64,000 nucleotides of DNA from Eledone cirrhosa (Eukaryota). Position numbers and translations under genes: made by a program. The notes under the pieces were generated by a model that saw only the letters and a list, made by a program, of their open reading frames with translations, did no database searches and had not been told where the DNA came from. Of the stretch, positions 57,816-64,000 are shown in pieces; position 1 is the stretch's first letter, and the number at the start of each line of letters is the position of its first letter. The stretch spans positions 26,164,001 through 26,228,000 of the forward strand of contig OZ024749.1 of assembly GCA_964016885.1 (NCBI GenBank), given 5' to 3'.

Positions 57816-57874
57816 CACATTCACCCCCTTTTGTTCCCTTCCTCTCTTTCATGCATCTCACTCCCCCTTCTGTC

Positions 57875-58722
57875 ACACCACACAGTCTGTGACTTGTTTG
57901 TGACGTCATTCCTGTCTCTATCACAGCCCATACTTTAGTCACATCCTTCACAACATCACAACATCGCCTCTATATCTTCAACCCTCATCCTAACCACCCT
58001 CACCTCTCTATTACACCACACAGTCTGTGACTTGTTTGTGACGTCATTCCTGTCTCTATCACAGCCTATACTTTAGTCACATCCTTCACAACATCACAAC
58101 ATCGCCTCTATATCTTCAACCCTCATCCTAACCACCCTCACCTCTCTATTACACCACACAGTCTGTGACTTGTTTGTGACGTCATTCCTGTCTCTATCAC
58201 AGCCCATACTTTAGTCACATCCTTCACAACATCACAACATCGCCTCTATATCTTCAACCCTCCTCCCAACCACCCTCACCTCTCTATTACACCACACAGT
58301 CTGTGACTTGTTTGTGACGTCATTCCTGTCTCTATCACAGCCCATACTTTAGTCACATCCTTCACAACATCACAACATCGCCTCTATATCTTCAACCCTC
58401 CTCCCAACCACCCTCACCTCTCTATTACACCACACAGTCTGTGACTTGTTTGTGACGTCATTCCTGTCTCTATCACAGCCTATACTTTAGTCACATCCTT
58501 CACAACATCACAACATCGCCTCTATATCTTCAACCCTCCTCCCAACCACCCTCACCTCTCTATTACACCACACAGTCTGTGACTTGTTTGTGACGTCATT
58601 CCTGTCTCTATCACAGCCCATACTTTAGTCACATCCTTCACAACATCACAACATCGCCTCTATATCTTCAACCCTCCTCCCAACCACCCTCACCTCTCTA
58701 TTACACCACACAGTCTGTGACT
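57875..58722. repeat. 138-bp tandem repeat, six units plus a partial unit
   Basis: CACAGTCTGT at 57881, 58019, 58157, 58295, 58433, 58571, 58709. Confidence 0.95.
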
Positions 58723-59029
58723 GCTAACTTTGTTTCCAAGCAATGACGAAATTTGATTTCAAACGAAGATTAAAGAAAACTGAATTATGAAAAGAGAATT
58801 TGATAAAAAATAAAAATAATAACACACATAATAAAAATATATTTGAAAGAAAAAAAGACGGCAAACATCTCTCCTTTCGTCTTTTTCTTTCGTATAGATC
58901 AGCTATCTTTGATCAGATGCAATCTTTCTAGAAGTTTCCTTCAAAAGAATAGCTGTGTACAATAACCAAACAGCCTATTTTTTCTCCTCCAATATTCATC
59001 ATTAATCTCGCCAATATCTTACGTTATGT

Positions 59030-60865
59030 TACAACTGGTCTCACCACTAACGTCTCTGTTTGTGTTGCTAAATATAGTTGTGTCCTAGTCTTGTCTGGTC
59101 TTACTACTATCGTCACTCTGTCTTTGTTGATAGGAATAGTTGAGTTATAGGTCATAATGTCATCTGGTCATGATATTAACGTACTTATATATGTGTTGAT
59201 AGAAATAGATGAGTTATAGGTCATATTATTGTCTGGTCTTACTACTAAAGTCACTGCCTGTGTTGATAGATTGAAATAAGTTATAGGTCATAATGTCATC
59301 TGGTCATATCACTAACGTTCTTATGGTTGATAGAAAAAGTTGTGTTATAAGTCATAATGTCATCTGGTCATAATATTAACGTACTTGTGTCTGTGTTGAT
59401 AGAAATAGATGAGTTATAGGTCATAGTATTGTCTGGTCTTACTACTAACGTCACTGTCTGTGTTCATTGAAATAGTTAAGTAATAGGCTATAGTGCCGTC
59501 TGGTCTTATTACTAACGTACTTGTGCCTGTGTTTATAGAAATAGTTTAGTTTTAGGTCATAATGTCATCTGGTCATAAAGTCATCTGGTCATATCACTAA
59601 TGTCCTTTTGGTTGATAGCAATATGTTAGTTATAGGCCATATCACTAACGTGTCATCTGGTCATATCACTAACGTCCTTGTATGTGTGTTGATAGAAATA
59701 GATGAGTTATAGGTCACAGTATCGCCTGGTCGTACTATTAACCTCACTGTCTGTGTTGATAGAAATAGTTGAGTTATACTAGGTCATAATTGTTTCTACT
59801 TTAGGCACAAGGCCAGCAATTACCCAGTGCATTACTGGTACTTTATTTTATCGACCCCGTAAGGATGAAAGGCAAAGTTAACTTCGGCGGTATTTGAACT
59901 CAGAATGGCAAGGGCCGTAACTCTATACGTCAAAACATGGCGTCCGACCCACTACCGATACTGCCAATCCACCGCCCTTATAGGTCATAATTGTTTCTAC
60001 GTTTGGCACAAGGCCAGCAATTAACCAGTTTATTACTGGTACTTTATTTTATCGACCCCATAAGGATGAAAGGCAAAGTTAACCTCGGCGAGATATGTCA
60101 TCTGGTCATATCACTAACGTGCTTGTGTCTGTATGTATAACATTAGTTGAGTTAAAGGTCATAATGTCATCTGGTCGTACTACGTCATTATCTGTGTTGA
60201 TAGAAAGAGTCATCTGGTCATATCACTAACGTCCTTTTGTCCGTGTAGATAGGAATAGATGAATCATACTCTGGTTATAATATTAAAGTCCTCGTGTCTG
60301 CTGCTAGGAATCTCTGTGTTATAATTTCCTCTAGTCTTACTACTAACGTCTCTGTTGATAGAAGTAGTTTGAGTCATACTCTCGGCTGGTCATAATATTA
60401 ACATCACTGTGTCTGGTGATAGAAACAGTTGAGTTATACTCTCATATTGTCGTAGCACGGATTTGACTGTGTCTGTATTGCTAGGAATATGTGTGTCATA
60501 TTCTTGTCTGGTTATAATACTAATGTCTTTGTGCCTGCGTTGATAGAAATAGTTTGAGTCATAAGCAGGTATGATCGTACCACGAATTTGACTGAGTCTG
60601 TATTGATAGGTATATATTAGTCATAATATCACCCCGTCACAATACTAGCGTCAATGTCTGTGTTGATAGAAATAGTTCAGACACAATGTCATCTGGTCTT
60701 ATTAACTAAAACATTGTTTCTTTTAATATTGACAGTTGAGTCATTGCGTCATCTAGTCATACCAGTAACATCACTGTGTCAGTCTTGATAGGAATAGTCG
60801 AGTTATAGGAATAGTCTAGTCATATTTCTAACGTCACTGTGTCTGTTTTGCTAGATATAGTTGAA
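59030..60865. repeat. Degenerate ~65-70-bp minisatellite
   Basis: Recurring GTCATCTGGTCATATCACTAACGT...TGTTGATAGAAATAG.TGAGTTATAGGTCATAAT. Confidence 0.85.
59788..60092 (-). mobile_element. Two adjacent SINE-A copies inserted in a minisatellite
   Basis: Full copy 59788-59977 with TSD TAGGTCATAAT; truncated copy 59990-60092. Confidence 0.88.
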
Positions 60866-61193
60866 TTCAAAGCGTTATCTAGTCTGAAAGCGCGTGATTG
60901 CGTGGTATACAGCTCACGATCTTATGGTTGTTAGTTTGATCCCTAGTGGAGCGTTGAGTCCTTAAGAAAGTCACTTTATTTAAATTCAAAGTGCCAGCCT
61001 TGCCACAAAGTGTATCAGGCGGATTCTCCCTGAGAACTGCATTAAGGATAAACGAGTAGGGACTTAGACAAGAAGAGAGAAGGAGAGAGGAGGCGGAACA
61101 GAGAGAGACGGAGGAGGGAGTCAACTTTACAAAATGGTTGATTATCCTATATAATCACTGTTGCATTTATTTATACGTCGTTCTCTCTTTCTT

Positions 61194-61311
<118 letters not shown>

Positions 61312-61668
61312 AAATTTGAACGGGAACAAAAACAGAGAGTCAGACAAATAAAGGTTTATATATATATATCAGATTCGACACACTTCTAATATATATAAGA
61401 GTACATTGTTATGCTTTGGTAACACCCAAATATTTACAATGTATATATACACACACACATATATATATGATTACACACTATTATACATGAGAAATATACA
61501 AATGATACACTAAACAGAACCATACTTTAAGTGGTTGAGTGAACGTATGCGTTCATGTGGATATAATGTGATTAATTAAAGCAAAGCATATTTCTAATGC
61601 AAGATAGAACAGAGCGGCAGCAGTAGTAGTAGTAGTGGTAGTAGTAGTAGTAGTAGTAGTAGTAGTAA

Positions 61669-61699
<31 letters not shown>

Positions 61700-61828
61700 G
61701 GTAGTAGTAGTAGTTAGTTGTAACTGTTTTCTAATATATATTTGATAGTCTATTTCTTCTCTATTTGGGTATATTTTACCCTTCTGAAACGCACTGAGTT
61801 GAATTATCTACCCAACAGAGCCAATACA

Positions 61829-61863
<35 letters not shown>

Positions 61864-61892
61864 CGGCGATGAATTAGTTTTGCGAGGTTTTT

Positions 61893-61963
<71 letters not shown>

Positions 61964-62094
61964 CAAGATGTATGGTAGGTCGTATGTGAATCGCGATGAT
62001 CACGTCTGACCTACCAAATATGTGACGGTAGCTAGTTAAGCTCTATGCGTATAAGCAGAGCAGAAATATTAGTGAAAAAGAACAAAGGAACTAT

Positions 62095-62920
62095 TAAGAC
62101 ATTATAACAAGTTTATTGCCGACAGCCGTTTCGTCCGACCATATGTGGGACTTTTCAAGGCATATAACATGTGATTGTAAGATCATTATTTACATCAACG
62201 TATCACTCAAGGCTAGCAGTTTGAAATTGTGGTATACATCAGCAGCTCCGCTTGTATAGTTGGGGTCTATATTCTAAGGGGGCTCTTTTATATTAGTTGT
62301 CAGGGTCAGGGATTGAAGGTTAAAGATTAGATAATATATAATTTACGCATTAAAAGTAAACCAAAAGACTTGGGATCCCGTAGAAGCACCTTAAAAAATC
62401 CCTCAATAAGTGCATAAAGCTTACAGGCTCCAATAAACTTAATAAACTAGAAGAAATTAAGAGGCTAATAAAATAAGAAAATAAAAATATAAAGTTTACC
62501 TAAAAAATATAAAGTTTCCTATGAAATTCCTTCGAGAGAAAAATTTTTTTTTCCGAAAGAAAAAATCTTTCTTCCCCCGAGATCACGTTAACAAATTTCA
62601 GAAAACTTACGAAGTTTTGATATTCCCTACTAAGTTGAAAGAAACTAATCAATTAAAGGTTAATTCAAAGAGCCTTCTATAAATCTCTCAGAAAAGGCCC
62701 CTCTAATATTTTTAATAGGAACTTCCTTCGAGAGACCCTTCGAAGAATTAAAATTTTAGAGAGCCTTTAAGGATATATATAAACGAATTGAGGAAAATTA
62801 TAAATTAAAAGTTAAAAATTACGGTATTTGGGATATCCGAGGAATTTTCAAAGGGTTGCTTCAACAGATTATGTCTAAGTTGTATCTGTTGTGTCTGAGG
62901 TAAAATAAATATGGTTTTAT
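62095..62920 (-). mobile_element. Probable PLE 3' region with degenerate hammerhead-like end
   Basis: Reverse complement CTTGAAAA-GTCC...GGAC-GAAACGGCTGTCGGCAATAAA at 62110-62162; extent upstream uncertain, bounded by (TA)n. Confidence 0.45.
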
Positions 62921-62946
62921 AAATATAGTTTCCATTTATTAATATC

Positions 62947-63017
<71 letters not shown>

Positions 63018-63083
63018 GGCGTGTGGCTGAGACCAATGGATACACTGTTTCCTCGGTCCGATTTGACGAAAGTCGATCGTTGG

Positions 63084-63128
<45 letters not shown>

Positions 63129-63343
63129 CGCGGTTTTATTTGGGTTTTATGGGAATAGCAGTTTTATACATATCTAGTATATACATTCATATCCGAAGAG
63201 GTGTAGGTAGCCAAGTTGAAAAAATTAAACCTCACCCATATTGAAATTTCAAAAATTGTTAAATCGTAAAATATTTAATGTGGTTTGTTAAAAAAGTGTT
63301 GGCATATTTATTGAAGAAAATTTAATATATATATATATATATA

Positions 63344-63451
<108 letters not shown>

Positions 63452-63518
63452 TATACATATATGTATGCATATATATATGCATATGCATATACATATATGC
63501 ATATATATATATATATGC

Positions 63519-63583
<65 letters not shown>

Positions 63584-63626
63584 TATACATATTTATATAT
63601 ATATATATATGCATATATATATATGC

Positions 63627-63662
<36 letters not shown>

Positions 63663-63948
63663 GCATATATATATATATATATATATGCATATACATATAT
63701 ATATATATGCATATATATATATATATATATACATATATATGCATATATATATATATATGCATATATATATATATATATGCATATATATATATATATATGC
63801 ATATATATATATATATGTTTATATTTATTTAATGGTTCTCATTAAATAACTTTTAAATCCTGAATCAGCCAACTTTAATGAAATTAGTAATCCAGACAAA
63901 ACCTGTATGTGTTCATATGAGTGTAGTGTATATGTGCGCGTGTATATG

Positions 63949-63997
<49 letters not shown>

Positions 63998-64000
63998 ATA

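Noticed and set aside
55328-57892. 854-aa ORF (SFTPSLLH repeats)
   Set aside because: Translation of an octamer satellite that rarely contains stop codons; TTG start, no domain.
57875-58722. CRISPR-like regular array
   Set aside because: Whole 138-bp units are near-identical with no unique spacers and no cas genes; eukaryotic context.

Overview
Repeat-dominated, AT-rich eukaryotic DNA with no recognisable host gene. The SINE families and microsatellite load suggest a cephalopod (octopod-like) genome; this is inference. Main contents: (1) a near-intact ~5.7 kb Tx1-group (L1 clade) non-LTR retrotransposon (590-6290, minus) inserted in a (GATA)n tract, two 5'-truncated relatives and two ~10-bp abortive 3'-end stubs, all at (GATA)n and in the same orientation; (2) a more distant, decayed, RT-deleted Tx1-like element (33299-37493, plus) sitting in (ATT)n and bracketed by a ~450-bp direct duplication; (3) a Penelope-like (probably Naiad-type) GIY-YIG element forming a 3.6-kb inverted repeat, plus about ten short hammerhead-ribozyme-bearing or fold-back PLE remnants, mostly beside (TA)n; (4) more than 20 copies of one tRNA-derived SINE, including head-to-tail arrays; (5) bipartite RTE-derived elements, mariner and hAT MITEs, minisatellites and microsatellites. 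Almost all other ORFs in the track are translations of simple repeats. The strongest candidate for an undescribed system is a set of microsatellite-targeting Tx1 families with a conserved GAGGTAAGT motif at the ORF1/ORF2 junction and an unrecognised ORF1 C-terminal domain.
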